64,000 nucleotides of DNA, taken from the NCBI GenBank assembly GCA_024402665.1, contig JAKSTI010000010.1:494-64493 (forward strand), in the 5' to 3' direction. The stretch comes from Treponema sp. GTDB lineage: Bacteria > Spirochaetota > Spirochaetia > Treponematales > Treponemataceae. Position numbers and translations under genes: made by a program. Shown here in pieces: positions 8,245-19,395 of this stretch. The notes beneath the pieces are model-generated. The model worked only from the letters and a program-made list of their open reading frames with translations. It was not told where the DNA came from and searched no databases. Position 1 is the stretch's first letter. The number at the start of each line of letters is the position of its first letter.

Positions 8245-9900
8245 TTACCCCCTGAATTTAACTATTAATGTAATGTTTCCACTTTCTTTTACATACTGGC
8301 CTGCATAAGTTCTTGTTGAACCAGTAAATAATTTTAACATATCCTGAACAGCCACACCTGCCTGAACAGAAGATGTAATTTTGTAGTAAGAAGAGAAATC
8401 CATAACAGGAAATGCGTCTTCTCCACCAATGACACCATTTATATCAGCAATTAAGTCCCACTTTTTATTACGAGTTGTATATTTTGCAAAAACATCATAA
8501 TAAAAATCTGCATCAAGTACTGCTGTATCCATAAAACAGATTTTCAAACTGGTACCAAAATCAAAATTATTATAACGGAAAGCAGCATTAAATTCTGCAT
8601 TTAAATAATCTTTTTTTCCACATGTATACTGATAGACGCCCTCTGCCCCAGGAACTGCACTATAATCAGGTTCCCAAACGCCATTATCAAAGGCTGTTGT
8701 CTTGTAAGTTAGGCCTGCGTTTAAGGAAACTTTTTCCAATGGAAGTTTAAGCATAAATGTTCCGTACCAGAAAGAAGTTTCTGATGGAATAAATGAGAAT
8801 GCAGAAAAACGATTTTTTCTTTCCAAAGATGAAATATTTGTGGCAGAAGATTCCATACCGCCTTTCAAATCAAAATATTTTGATTCAATTCCAGCTGTAA
8901 ATGGGAAAAGCACTTTATTTTCGTTTAAGTGACTGCCAAATACAACTGAAGCATCAGCAACAGCTTTTAATTCCCAGGAATTTTTTGAATCATAAACTGC
9001 ATTCAATTTAATTTCGCCTCTGTTCAAAAGACGCTGCTGAGGAATTAAAGGCATTGGTGTATTCAAAACTTTGTTACAGTCAATTGTAACAAGATAATCT
9101 GCTTTAAGACCTGTTGAAAAGTTTCCAAAATTACCGTTAAAGAATGCATAAGGCTCAAAAGAGAAAACGTAAGATTTTTTAATCCAGTCTGTTGAAATTG
9201 TACTGCTGTCAGGACAATCTACATAACGGTTATATAAATCTCCAGAAATGCCGGCTCCTGTCTGCAATCCGATTTTTTTATTTTTTACAGGGATTTTCTG
9301 AACATAATCAAAACCAGCATTTAAAAGCCCCTGCTTAATTCCACTTACATTAGTTGATTTTCCCTGAAGTCCGTTTGAAAGACCATCATACATTCCAGAA
9401 ATCTTAAAAGAAGCATTTCCATTTACAAACTGCTGTGAAATACCAACTTTTGTATCACTGAAATTATAGCCGTCTTCAGGAGAATAAGTTCCATAACTGC
9501 CAATTGTATTATGAAGGAACGAAAGATTAAAAGGATTTTCATCATCTCCTGCATTCAAAGAAAAATCGCCATAAAAGTTTAATGGATAACCGCCACCAAT
9601 TTGTCCCTGAATTCCGTATTTTCCAGTAGAAAGACCATCATCATCTGAAAAACCTTCATCCACAAAAGGTTCATAAACAACTTCTTCCTGAGTATATTCC
9701 AGAGCAACTGGCTTAATAGAAAGAGGCAGATTTGTGTAATCTGTAAGTTCCGGTGCTTCTGCCTTTTCACTCTGATTATTTCCTGAAACAACAGTAGTTA
9801 AATCAGGAAGTTCAATTCGTTCGTTTTGTGCACTAAGGATTGCAGTAAAACCGCAAAACAAGGCAGCTGATATTAATATTTTTTTATTTATTTTCATCAT
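8245..9900 (-). CDS. Putative outer-membrane beta-barrel protein
   Basis: Signal peptide, alternating aromatic/Gly beta-strand pattern, C-terminal ITLIVKF, TonB-operon context. Confidence 0.5.
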   Translation of the reverse strand: MMKINKKILISAALFCGFTAILSAQNERIELPDLTTVVSGNNQSEKAEAPELTDYTNLPLSIKPVALEYTQEEVVYEPFVDEGFSDDDGLSTGKYGIQGQIGGGYPLNFYGDFSLNAGDDENPFNLSFLHNTIGSYGTYSPEDGYNFSDTKVGISQQFVNGNASFKISGMYDGLSNGLQGKSTNVSGIKQGLLNAGFDYVQKIPVKNKKIGLQTGAGISGDLYNRYVDCPDSSTISTDWIKKSYVFSFEPYAFFNGNFGNFSTGLKADYLVTIDCNKVLNTPMPLIPQQRLLNRGEIKLNAVYDSKNSWELKAVADASVVFGSHLNENKVLFPFTAGIESKYFDLKGGMESSATNISSLERKNRFSAFSFIPSETSFWYGTFMLKLPLEKVSLNAGLTYKTTAFDNGVWEPDYSAVPGAEGVYQYTCGKKDYLNAEFNAAFRYNNFDFGTSLKICFMDTAVLDADFYYDVFAKYTTRNKKWDLIADINGVIGGEDAFPVMDFSSYYKITSSVQAGVAVQDMLKLFTGSTRTYAGQYVKESGNITLIVKFRG

Positions 9901-9925
9901 AGATATTACCTTAAATTACAACAGT

Positions 9926-11878
9926 TTAATAATTAAACAAAGCATCAACATTTTTTGCCTGTCTGCTTTCTGGATAAAGAGATTTAAGAGTTTTAGCAGT
10001 CTCTCTTGCATCCCCAATCTTTCCATTCTGAATAAAATCATCAATTGCAGAATAAAGTGCAGCGGCAGCCTTATTCTGATTATCTTTTCCACTTGAACGA
10101 TAATATTCTGCGGCCTTCAAATAATTTCTTAAATAAACATTGATTTCGCCCATATAATAAAGTTCATCTTTATCTCTGGAATCTTTTGCATTATTTAATT
10201 CTCTTGCCATTGTTGCAGCACTTTCATCCATTCCACTGTCATTGTAAAGTTTGAATAATTCAAAACCAATGAGACGACCCTGCTTTGTAGAGTAGCCCCC
10301 GGCATTTTCAAATTCAGTGCGTTTTTCTGCAATATCCCTTCTTGTTCCACCATTAATTTTGCGCAAAACAGAAAGCTGGTCCTGAACTCCGTCTGCCAAT
10401 GCCTGAGCCTGATAGTTGTTCATTAAGAATTCTGCAATTCTCTGAGCCTCTGCGTAATTTCCTGCATTATAGTAAGCCTGCAAAAGATTTTTATTTCCAC
10501 CATAGTAGAAAGTTCCGTTTGGATATTTTGAAAGCATTTTTTTTGTCTGCAAAATACAACGCTGATCATCGCCGCTTCTTAAATAACTTTCACCACAGAA
10601 ATAATATGCGTTTTCCAAAAATTTTCCGTTAGAATATTTTGAAATGTATCCTGCAAATTTTTCTGCTGCCTTTCCATAATTTTTCTGGCTGTAATACAAT
10701 TCACCTCTGCGGAAACAAGCTTCTTCTGCTTCTGGTTTTGATGAATAATCCCGTTCAATTTTTTCGTAAATTGCATCTGCCTGAACATAGTTGTTTAATT
10801 TTTCATAAAGAAGTGCACTCTTGCTCCAGCATCGCAATGCAAAATCAGATTTTTCATTTGTATATGGTTTAAGAGTATTAAGAGCCTTCTGATAATTTCC
10901 ACTGTCGGAATAAATTTCTGCACAGAAAATTATTGCTTCCTGTTTTTCTTCTTCATTAAAGCAAACCTGAATCAATTTTTCTGCCTGTGTTGCAGCGGAA
11001 TTAAAATCACCACAAAGAACCGCAGATTTTGCAGCAAGTTCATGGGCTTTTCTTCCTAAATCAAGCTGAGTTGTTTCTTCTGCATATACTGAAATCAAAT
11101 TATATGCTTTTTTATATTCCCCGGCTTTATAAAGAGCATATGCGTTGTAGTAACGTGCTTCTTCATAATATGGAGCGTTTTTCTGCTGTTTTTGGATATA
11201 ATTATTAAGATATTCCCCAGCCTTTTTCCACTGAGCTTCATTTACACAGCAAAGTCCACTTAAATAATCAGAAAGAGGATTTTTTGCAAGATCAGAAATT
11301 TTCTGTGCCTGACTGTATTCGCCCTGAAGGAATAAAACTTTTGCATATTCAATGCGGCTGTCTGACTGAAGTTTCTTCTGCCCTTCCAGTTTTGAATAAA
11401 TATCTACTGCATTTTTATATTTTTTCTGACGGGCCAGAACACTTGCATAAAGAAGATTTGTGTCTGTTTCTGAAAATTCCCGGCTGTTATTCTTAAAAAG
11501 ATACTGAGTCAAAAGATTTTCTGCCGAATTGTAATTTTTAGATTTTACATATGCCAGTGCTTCAAGATAAGTACTCTGTTCATCAGGATTTTTGATTTTT
11601 CCGTAATAAGAGTGAACTTTTGGATAATCGCCCAGAATAGAATTTGTGTAAACAAGAATCTGGTAGTAAACATCAGAAACATCTTTAATATTGGAAGAAA
11701 GAATGCCTTTTTCCATCTGAATAAGTTTACGCTGAACTTCTGCCGCAACGTGAATAGATTGTGGATTATCATTCAGCTGATTATAGGCAGAATTAAGTTC
11801 TTTCATATAATCTGTTTTCTGCGCATAACAGAATGTTGAAAGAAAAAGAATCAATAGAGATAAAATTTTTGTTTTCAT
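9926..11878 (-). CDS. Exported tetratricopeptide repeat protein (BamD/CpoB-like repeats)
   Basis: Signal peptide and repeated TPR motifs such as AYYFCGESY and KYPNG. Confidence 0.8.
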   Translation of the reverse strand: MKTKILSLLILFLSTFCYAQKTDYMKELNSAYNQLNDNPQSIHVAAEVQRKLIQMEKGILSSNIKDVSDVYYQILVYTNSILGDYPKVHSYYGKIKNPDEQSTYLEALAYVKSKNYNSAENLLTQYLFKNNSREFSETDTNLLYASVLARQKKYKNAVDIYSKLEGQKKLQSDSRIEYAKVLFLQGEYSQAQKISDLAKNPLSDYLSGLCCVNEAQWKKAGEYLNNYIQKQQKNAPYYEEARYYNAYALYKAGEYKKAYNLISVYAEETTQLDLGRKAHELAAKSAVLCGDFNSAATQAEKLIQVCFNEEEKQEAIIFCAEIYSDSGNYQKALNTLKPYTNEKSDFALRCWSKSALLYEKLNNYVQADAIYEKIERDYSSKPEAEEACFRRGELYYSQKNYGKAAEKFAGYISKYSNGKFLENAYYFCGESYLRSGDDQRCILQTKKMLSKYPNGTFYYGGNKNLLQAYYNAGNYAEAQRIAEFLMNNYQAQALADGVQDQLSVLRKINGGTRRDIAEKRTEFENAGGYSTKQGRLIGFELFKLYNDSGMDESAATMARELNNAKDSRDKDELYYMGEINVYLRNYLKAAEYYRSSGKDNQNKAAAALYSAIDDFIQNGKIGDARETAKTLKSLYPESRQAKNVDALFNY

Positions 11879-11892
11879 AGTTTTAATTTTTC

Positions 11893-13284
11893 TTAGTAGG
11901 GATTGAAGTTGAAAGAGGAACGAACTTTTGTCAGATAAACGAAGTCGTTTTTATAGATAAAGCAAAAATCTTCAAGAGTAATCATTCTGCCATCTATAAA
12001 TACACTGCATTCAAACTCCTTGTTTTGATTAAAGTATGGTAAAAAAGCTACACACTTATTGAAAACTTTCATTTCTGGTTCAATTGAAGTGTCAATTTCT
12101 CTGATTGCTCCAAAATAGAAAGTATCAGGTTCTGTGGCCGCCAGTAAATACAACAGCGATTTAAGAACTTTAGTATTATAACCAGTATCCTTAATAAAAG
12201 TTACGGTATTAGAAATGCCTCTGCGTGGGTCTCCGTCATCATAAGTAAGAACAGATGCTGCAAATGGATTTAATGTAACATCAACACCAGAATTAAAATA
12301 ACGGTATTCACGGCCTGTATAAACAGAAACTACAGCCGAAGCAAGATTGCGTACCCAGTCCAAAGAAAGATAGAGGCTGTATTTTTGAGATAAAATGCCC
12401 TGATAACCAATATCTTTAAAATCAGTTGTATATTCAACTAAAGGTTCTCTTTTTAAGTATGAGCCTGAAAGTGGATATACAATTCCATCTGCAATCCATT
12501 TTACAAAGCCCTGTGATGACAAATACAATTTTCCGTTTTCATCTGAATCTGCACCAGCAGCAAACTCTTTTCCATCAGTTAATTGAACAAGTTCCCCTTT
12601 TTCGTTGTAAATTGCATCTTCTGCATAAACAATATTTGAAAGTGAACTCTGGATTTTTGATGACATTGAAATTACACCGTTATACAAAGCAGGATTAATA
12701 AGCACATATTTCCATGGAAGACTGCGCTGTGTAAGTTTAATTACATCATCAATAGAAGCAGTATAGAAAGTAGAAAATGGAACTCCTGTAGAAACGCCTT
12801 TTGCTGCATAATTACCAAAAATAACTAAATCTGCAAGGGCTGTTTTTCCGTTTGGAGAAAACTGAACATAAACATCACTGTCTGAAGCAAAAAAGTATCT
12901 GATTCTGATTGGTTTGTTTGTTTTTTTGTCTTTAATTAAAACCCATGTTCCAGGAAGATTTCCAGGATAAACATACTGTTCTGCCTTTGTAAAACCATCG
13001 CCTGACAAAACATTTACATTCATCAGTTTGCCGGCTGCTACAAAAACATGATAGCTTGAATCATCTTCTTCAAGAAAAACTTTAAATTTCTGACCACCAT
13101 CATTTGATAAAAACTCTGGATGCTTAAAAGTAATTTCTTCATAAGAAGCTTCAAACCATGGTTCAACAAGCTGCTGACGGATATCAGCAGAATCTGGAAT
13201 ATTAAGTTTGCTGTATTCTGCAAAAACAGGAGCAATCAATAAAGAAAAATTAAAAACTAATAATAGAATAAACTTTTTTTTCAT
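11893..13284 (-). CDS. Hypothetical exported protein
   Basis: 463-aa ORF with signal peptide and SD GGAG; no family recognised. Confidence 0.7.
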   Translation of the reverse strand: MKKKFILLLVFNFSLLIAPVFAEYSKLNIPDSADIRQQLVEPWFEASYEEITFKHPEFLSNDGGQKFKVFLEEDDSSYHVFVAAGKLMNVNVLSGDGFTKAEQYVYPGNLPGTWVLIKDKKTNKPIRIRYFFASDSDVYVQFSPNGKTALADLVIFGNYAAKGVSTGVPFSTFYTASIDDVIKLTQRSLPWKYVLINPALYNGVISMSSKIQSSLSNIVYAEDAIYNEKGELVQLTDGKEFAAGADSDENGKLYLSSQGFVKWIADGIVYPLSGSYLKREPLVEYTTDFKDIGYQGILSQKYSLYLSLDWVRNLASAVVSVYTGREYRYFNSGVDVTLNPFAASVLTYDDGDPRRGISNTVTFIKDTGYNTKVLKSLLYLLAATEPDTFYFGAIREIDTSIEPEMKVFNKCVAFLPYFNQNKEFECSVFIDGRMITLEDFCFIYKNDFVYLTKVRSSFNFNPY

Positions 13285-13313
13285 AGAAACTTCTCCTGTT
13301 CTTCAGATTAATC

Positions 13314-16300
13314 TTAGTTATGTTCAGCTGGATCTGTATCAGTACAACCAGAACTACCTTCTGCATATCGTACTTCTGCTTTTACAAGAGATCCGTCTGA
13401 CAATCTGATAATTCCTTCTTCAACTTCATCCGGATGATTTCCAATTGGAGCATTAGAAAGAAGAAGTTTTAAGCGGTTAAGCTGATTTACTTCCGAACTA
13501 CCAGGGTCATAGTCGATGGCAGAAATATTAGCGGCAGGGAATCTGCGTCTTAATTCCTTAATCATTCCTTTACCAGTTACATGGTTTGGAAGACATGCAA
13601 AAGGCTGTACACAGGCAATACTTGGTGCACCTTCATGAATAAGTTCAACCATCTCTGCAGTTAAGAACCATCCTTCGCCAGTAATGTTACCAAGCTGAAC
13701 GATATCATCAACACCTTTCATCATTTCATAGATTGAATTTGGTGCTTCAAAACGACGGCTCTTTCTTAAATAACGCTTCATCTTCTTTCTGAACAATTCA
13801 AGTCCCCATACTAAAAGTTTTGCGTTACGTTCTGTTTTCTTAGGGAAAGCAAGCTGTTCGTGGCGGAAAATACCTGTTGCAAATGTATAGAAGAAGAAGT
13901 CTAACAAATCAGGCATTACACATTCTGCACCTTCACGTTCAATTGTTTCTACAATCTGATTATTTGCAGTTGGATGGAACTTAACAAGAATTTCACCTAC
14001 AACACCAACTCGTGGTTTCTTAATTGGTTTAAGAGGAAGTTCATCAAATTCCTTAATAATATTCTTCAAAAGTTTGTTGTATTCTTTTGTTGAAATATAT
14101 GTTGCAAATTTTTCTTCTGCAATTGCATTCCACTTTTCATAAAGCTGATTTGCACTGCCCTGTACTGCTTCATATGGACGTGTACGATAAAGAACTCGCA
14201 TCAATACATCACCAACAACAAGACATCTGACAAGGTTTGCAAGTAATCTTGGATTTAATTTGAAGCCTGGATTTTTTTCAAAACCCTGAGCACTTAATGA
14301 AAGAACTGGAATCTGTCCCCATCCTGCATCATTTAAGGCACGACGGATAAATCCAATATAGTTAGTAGCGCGACATCCACCACCAGTCTGAGTGATAATA
14401 AGTGCAACTTTATCAAGATCATATTTTCCGCTTTCAAGGGCACTGATCATCTGACCGGCAACAAGCAAAGAAGGATAACATGCATCATTGTTTACATATT
14501 TCAAACCGGCTTCTACTGCTTTTGGATCAACTGCATCAAGAACTACAAAGTTGTAACCGCCACTACGGAATGCTTTCTGCAAAAGCCTGAAGTGGATTGG
14601 AGACATCTGAGGTCCAATGATTGTGTATTCTTTTTTCATTTCTTCTGTAAAAATAACACGATGGTAAGCAGAAGAACGGATAATTGGTTTTACCTTATTT
14701 CTGCGGCGTTCTTTTACAGCTGCAATTAATGAACGGATACGGATTCTGACTGCACCAAGGTTTGAACCTTCATCAATCTTAATCAAAGTATACATTCTGT
14801 TTTTAGCTCTGAGAATTTCATCAACCTGATCTGCAGTAACGGCATCAAGACCACAACCAAACGATGTAAGCTGTACAAGTTCAAGATTTGCCATTTCTGA
14901 AACAAACTGAGCGGCACGATAAAGTCTGTTATGATAAACCCACTGGTCAATAATTCGTAATGGACGTTCAATTTTTCCAAGATGAGCAATTGAATCTTCT
15001 GTAAGAACAGCAAGTCCAAGTCCATTAATCATTTCTGGAATACCGTGGTTAATCTCTGGGTCAAGGTGATATGGGCGGCCCGCAAGTACAATACCGCTGC
15101 CACCTTTTGTAATGATTTCTTCAAGAGCATCTTCACCTGCTTTACGAACATCTTCACGGAATTTTTCCTGTTCTGCCCATGCTTTTTCTACAGCTTCATT
15201 AATCTTTGCTGCAGTCAACTGTGGGAATTTAGGAAGAAGTTCTTCACAAAGACGTTCCTTCAAACGAGGTTTATCGTAAATTGGAAGGAATGGATTCATG
15301 TAAGTGATAGATGGATCCTGTCTCAATGAATCAATATTGTTACGCAAAACTTCTGGATAACTTGTTACAATAGGACAATTGTAGTGGTTACCAGCACCTG
15401 CATCTTCCTGTTTTTCATAAGGAGCACATGGATAGAAAATAAATTTAATTCCACGCTGAATCAAACTTTCTACATGACCGTGGCTGATTTTTCCAGGGTA
15501 ACAAACAGATTCAGAAGGAATAGTTTCCAATCCTTTTTCGTAAACTGTACGAGAAGAACGCTGACTTAAAATAACACGGAATCCAAGTTCATTGAAGAAA
15601 GTAAACCACAATGGATAATTTTCATACATATTAAGTACACGTGGAATACCAACATCTCCCATTGGAGCATCTTCTGGTCTTCTTGGAGCGTAATTAAATA
15701 ATCTCTTGTATTTCCATTCAAAAAGGTTTGGCATTGGACCAGCATCGTCATCATCAAGTCCAGTGTTCTTTTTGTTGCTTGCATCAATAACCTGACCTTC
15801 AATTTCAGCACCACGTTCACAGCGGTTACCAGTAATGAAAGTACGTTCTGCGTCTCCTGTAGAGAATGTGTTGATTGTAAGAAGACAATTGTTCTGACAT
15901 TTTCCACAACGGCGCAAATCAAGTTCTACGTGGAAGTTTTCAAGTTCTTTTAATGTAGCAATTCCAGAACGAACATCATGAACAGTTCCTTCTGGTTCTC
16001 CAGGTTTTGGTTCCATTAAGTCACGCCACTGGTCGTAAGCAATTAAAGCTGAACCATAAGCACCCATAAGACCGGCAACATCTGGACGATAAACCTGAAC
16101 ACCTGCAATTTTTTCAAAAGCACGAAGAATGGCATCATTAAAGAATGTACCACCCTGAACTACTACTTTTTCGCCAATATCTGAAGCTTTGCGCAATTTA
16201 ATTACTTTGAACAAAGCATTTTTAATTACTGAGTACGAAAGACCTGCTGCAATATCGCCAACTGAAGCACCTTCTTTCTGTGCCTGTTTAACGCGGCTGT

Positions 16301-17822
16301 TCATAAATACAGTACAGCGGCTTCCCAAATCAACTGGTTTCTGAGCCATTAAAGCAATCTTTCCGAATTCTTTAACGTTCATACCCATTGTGTTTGCAAA
16401 GTTATCAAGGAAGGAACCACAACCAGAAGAACAAGCTTCATTTAACTGAATAGAAACAATAGCACCGTCTTTCATACGAAGGGCTTTCATATCCTGTCCA
16501 CCAATATCAAGGAGGAATTCAACACCAGGAACAAAGAAGTTTGCTGCACGGAAATGTGTAATTGTTTCAACTTCACCAGAATCTACACCAAGGGCAGCCT
16601 GGAACAAAGCTTCACCGTATCCTGTAGAAACAGCACGGGCAATATATACATCTGATGGAAGCTGGTTATATAAATCTTTTAAAACTTTAACTGCAAGTTC
16701 AACAGGATTTCCCTGATTGTGTGCATAGAAATCCCAGATGATGCGACCATCTTTATCAATAAGACAGGCTTTTGTTGTTGTAGAACCAGAGTCCAATCCA
16801 AGGAAAACAGGACCGTGAGTTTTATTCAAATCACCACGTTTTGCTTTCTGTTCTGAATGGCGTACCTGGAATTCATCAAGTTCTGCCTGATCTTTAAATA
16901 AAGGTTCAAGACGCTGAACTTCGCTTAATTCTGCACCAACAAGATTTTTCAAAGATTCACGGAATTCTGCGATTGTAGGGAATTTAAATTCACCGTCCCC
17001 AGTGAAAGTTCTTTCTGCACCAAAAGCACAACCACTTGCAACAAATAACTGGCTGTCTTCTGGAATAATAATTTCATCATCTTTAAGTTTAAGTGTTTCA
17101 ATAAAACGGAAACGGAGCTGGTCAAGGAAGTGTAATGGACCACCAAGGAATGCTACATGACCACGGATTGGTTTACCACATGCAAGCCCCGAAATTGTCT
17201 GAGAAACTACGGCCTGGAAAATGGAAGCGGCAATATCTTCTCTGCGGGCACCTTCATTAATTAAAGGCTGAATATCTGTTTTGGCAAATACACCACAACG
17301 GGCTGCAATTGGATAAATCTGCTGAGCACCTTTTGCAAGTTCGTTTAATCCGCTGGCATCTGTTTCAAGAAGGGCAGCCATCTGATCAATAAACGCACCT
17401 GTACCACCGGCACAAGTTCCGTTCATACGCTGTTCAACACCACCTTTAAAGTAAGTGATTTTAGCGTCTTCACCACCAAGTTCAATTACAACATCTGTCT
17501 GAGGAATTAATTTTTTTACTGAAGTTGTAGCAGCAATTACTTCCTGAATAAAAGGAATGTTAAGCCACTGAGAAACAGAAAGTCCACCAGAACCTGTTAC
17601 CTTAACTGTAACTTCCTGATTTACTCCATCTGCACATTTTGTTTCAAGAAAATCCAGCGCCTTATTAACAACATTAATAATTGTACTGCGAATATCTGCA
17701 CGATGACGCTGATAATCTCCGTAAATCAAATTATCATTGTCATCAAGAATTGCAACTTTTACTGTAGTTGAACCTACGTCTATACCAATACGAACTGGTA
17801 GTGATTTCATAGCATTTTCCAT
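13314..17822 (-). CDS. 2-hydroxyacyl-CoA dehydratase activator-related multidomain protein (2x BadF/BadG/BcrA/BcrD ATPase + DUF2229 + HGD-D-like)
   Basis: Two GxDxGSTT motifs, MNGTCAGGTG, NEACSSGCGSF, QPFACLPNH. Start moved to ATG 17822 because a promoter lies just upstream. Confidence 0.88.
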   Translation of the reverse strand: MENAMKSLPVRIGIDVGSTTVKVAILDDNDNLIYGDYQRHRADIRSTIINVVNKALDFLETKCADGVNQEVTVKVTGSGGLSVSQWLNIPFIQEVIAATTSVKKLIPQTDVVIELGGEDAKITYFKGGVEQRMNGTCAGGTGAFIDQMAALLETDASGLNELAKGAQQIYPIAARCGVFAKTDIQPLINEGARREDIAASIFQAVVSQTISGLACGKPIRGHVAFLGGPLHFLDQLRFRFIETLKLKDDEIIIPEDSQLFVASGCAFGAERTFTGDGEFKFPTIAEFRESLKNLVGAELSEVQRLEPLFKDQAELDEFQVRHSEQKAKRGDLNKTHGPVFLGLDSGSTTTKACLIDKDGRIIWDFYAHNQGNPVELAVKVLKDLYNQLPSDVYIARAVSTGYGEALFQAALGVDSGEVETITHFRAANFFVPGVEFLLDIGGQDMKALRMKDGAIVSIQLNEACSSGCGSFLDNFANTMGMNVKEFGKIALMAQKPVDLGSRCTVFMNSRVKQAQKEGASVGDIAAGLSYSVIKNALFKVIKLRKASDIGEKVVVQGGTFFNDAILRAFEKIAGVQVYRPDVAGLMGAYGSALIAYDQWRDLMEPKPGEPEGTVHDVRSGIATLKELENFHVELDLRRCGKCQNNCLLTINTFSTGDAERTFITGNRCERGAEIEGQVIDASNKKNTGLDDDDAGPMPNLFEWKYKRLFNYAPRRPEDAPMGDVGIPRVLNMYENYPLWFTFFNELGFRVILSQRSSRTVYEKGLETIPSESVCYPGKISHGHVESLIQRGIKFIFYPCAPYEKQEDAGAGNHYNCPIVTSYPEVLRNNIDSLRQDPSITYMNPFLPIYDKPRLKERLCEELLPKFPQLTAAKINEAVEKAWAEQEKFREDVRKAGEDALEEIITKGGSGIVLAGRPYHLDPEINHGIPEMINGLGLAVLTEDSIAHLGKIERPLRIIDQWVYHNRLYRAAQFVSEMANLELVQLTSFGCGLDAVTADQVDEILRAKNRMYTLIKIDEGSNLGAVRIRIRSLIAAVKERRRNKVKPIIRSSAYHRVIFTEEMKKEYTIIGPQMSPIHFRLLQKAFRSGGYNFVVLDAVDPKAVEAGLKYVNNDACYPSLLVAGQMISALESGKYDLDKVALIITQTGGGCRATNYIGFIRRALNDAGWGQIPVLSLSAQGFEKNPGFKLNPRLLANLVRCLVVGDVLMRVLYRTRPYEAVQGSANQLYEKWNAIAEEKFATYISTKEYNKLLKNIIKEFDELPLKPIKKPRVGVVGEILVKFHPTANNQIVETIEREGAECVMPDLLDFFFYTFATGIFRHEQLAFPKKTERNAKLLVWGLELFRKKMKRYLRKSRRFEAPNSIYEMMKGVDDIVQLGNITGEGWFLTAEMVELIHEGAPSIACVQPFACLPNHVTGKGMIKELRRRFPAANISAIDYDPGSSEVNQLNRLKLLLSNAPIGNHPDEVEEGIIRLSDGSLVKAEVRYAEGSSGCTDTDPAEHN

Positions 17823-17883
17823 GCTATCCATTTTAACCACTTAAAGACAATTTTTCAACTAAATATAATATTATTGAAAGAAA

Positions 17884-19395
17884 CTACTCATTTCCATCAA
17901 GAAGTTTTACTGGAGAACCGGCAACTACATCTCTGAAATTAAATTCTTCTTCACTGCCCTCTTCTTCAGAAACAGCAGGAACAAATTTGTAATATCCCTG
18001 GTCAAACGGATAAATTGTACCTCTGATTGTTTTTTTACCAGTAATCTCTACAGGAGCGCCATCAGCAGTAATAAGATAACGGGCTCTAGGTGTAACAAAA
18101 ATTACAACACTGCTGGCAGAAGTAGAATAAACTACAACAGCATTATGATTTGTCTGATTCAACATTTCATTAATACAATCTGCATAAGCATAACCAACAC
18201 GTTTGTACATCTGTTCCATCTTGCTTAATTCTTTCTGCATTTCTTCCTGAAGAGCCGCCAGCTGACCAGTTAAATCATCAATCTGAAGATTCAACGACGC
18301 TTTATCTTCCTGCATTTTAATCATAGCATCTGCAAAAGTTTCTCCCATCTGATCAACAATTTTATTTGTTGTAGAAACGTAACTTGGAATAGAGTTCTTC
18401 TGTGGAATTGCAGCAACCGCTTTTCTAAGGTATTTATATTTGTCATACAAATCCTGATACTGAGAGAATGCATTCTGAACAGTTTCATCTTCAATCTGGC
18501 TAAGAGAAAGTGACAATTCAGAATTAAAAGTTTTTGTTATTTTATACTGATTGTCTTTAATAATTTCTTTTGCCTTTTCATCACGCAATACAGGGTCAAG
18601 TTTATCAATTTCTGCTTTATATTTATCAGAAACCTGACCTACAGCAGAACGCATATTATTTGAACTTTTTGAACCTTCAAGCTGGAGCTTCAAATCTTCA
18701 ATCTGGCTTTCGTACATATCAACAAGACGCTGACGTTCCATTTCCTGAACCCTGCGTTCTGCATCAAGAGCACTGTCATTTGCTTTTGCAGACTGAATCT
18801 GGCTTGAATCGTATTTACTTAATTCTTTTTCATACTGTTCAATTTTCTGCTTCATTTCTGCAATTTTTGGTTCGTATTCCGCTCTGATTAATTCAACTGC
18901 TTCTTCATACTGCTGATTGATTTCATTCTGTTTTACTGTAGCAGAAGCACCAAGTTCTTTTGCAAGGAACAATGCATCATCACGTTTAGTCTCAGCTTCC
19001 TGGAGTTTATTTTCCATTGTTGTTTCATACATCTGAGCCTGTTTTACAGCATTATCGTATCTGTCCTGAGCTTTTGTAATTCCATCAAGAAGATTTTTCA
19101 AATTCAAATCGTGGAACGCTTCAAGATTTACAGTAATCTGTTCGTTCTGTTTTGAGATTGTGTAATTAATTAATAAAGCAGCACCAAGAACAAGAAGGAA
19201 ACAGCCTACAAGCAAAAGAGGAACAAAAGGCGATTTATTCTTTTTTGTTTTTGCGTATTCCCTTTCAAGATTATATGTATCGCTGGAAGTCTTTAACTGA
19301 AGATTATTTAATTCTTCATTAAGAAACAGGAGTACATCTTTATGACGCTGAATATTGCTAACTTCTCTCTTTTCTACTTTGTTGTCATTGTCCAT
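17884..19395 (-). CDS. Membrane-anchored coiled-coil hypothetical protein
   Basis: One TM segment followed by long heptad-rich helices; start overlaps the cyclase gene end by 22 nt. Confidence 0.7.
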   Translation of the reverse strand: MDNDNKVEKREVSNIQRHKDVLLFLNEELNNLQLKTSSDTYNLEREYAKTKKNKSPFVPLLLVGCFLLVLGAALLINYTISKQNEQITVNLEAFHDLNLKNLLDGITKAQDRYDNAVKQAQMYETTMENKLQEAETKRDDALFLAKELGASATVKQNEINQQYEEAVELIRAEYEPKIAEMKQKIEQYEKELSKYDSSQIQSAKANDSALDAERRVQEMERQRLVDMYESQIEDLKLQLEGSKSSNNMRSAVGQVSDKYKAEIDKLDPVLRDEKAKEIIKDNQYKITKTFNSELSLSLSQIEDETVQNAFSQYQDLYDKYKYLRKAVAAIPQKNSIPSYVSTTNKIVDQMGETFADAMIKMQEDKASLNLQIDDLTGQLAALQEEMQKELSKMEQMYKRVGYAYADCINEMLNQTNHNAVVVYSTSASSVVIFVTPRARYLITADGAPVEITGKKTIRGTIYPFDQGYYKFVPAVSEEEGSEEEFNFRDVVAGSPVKLLDGNE

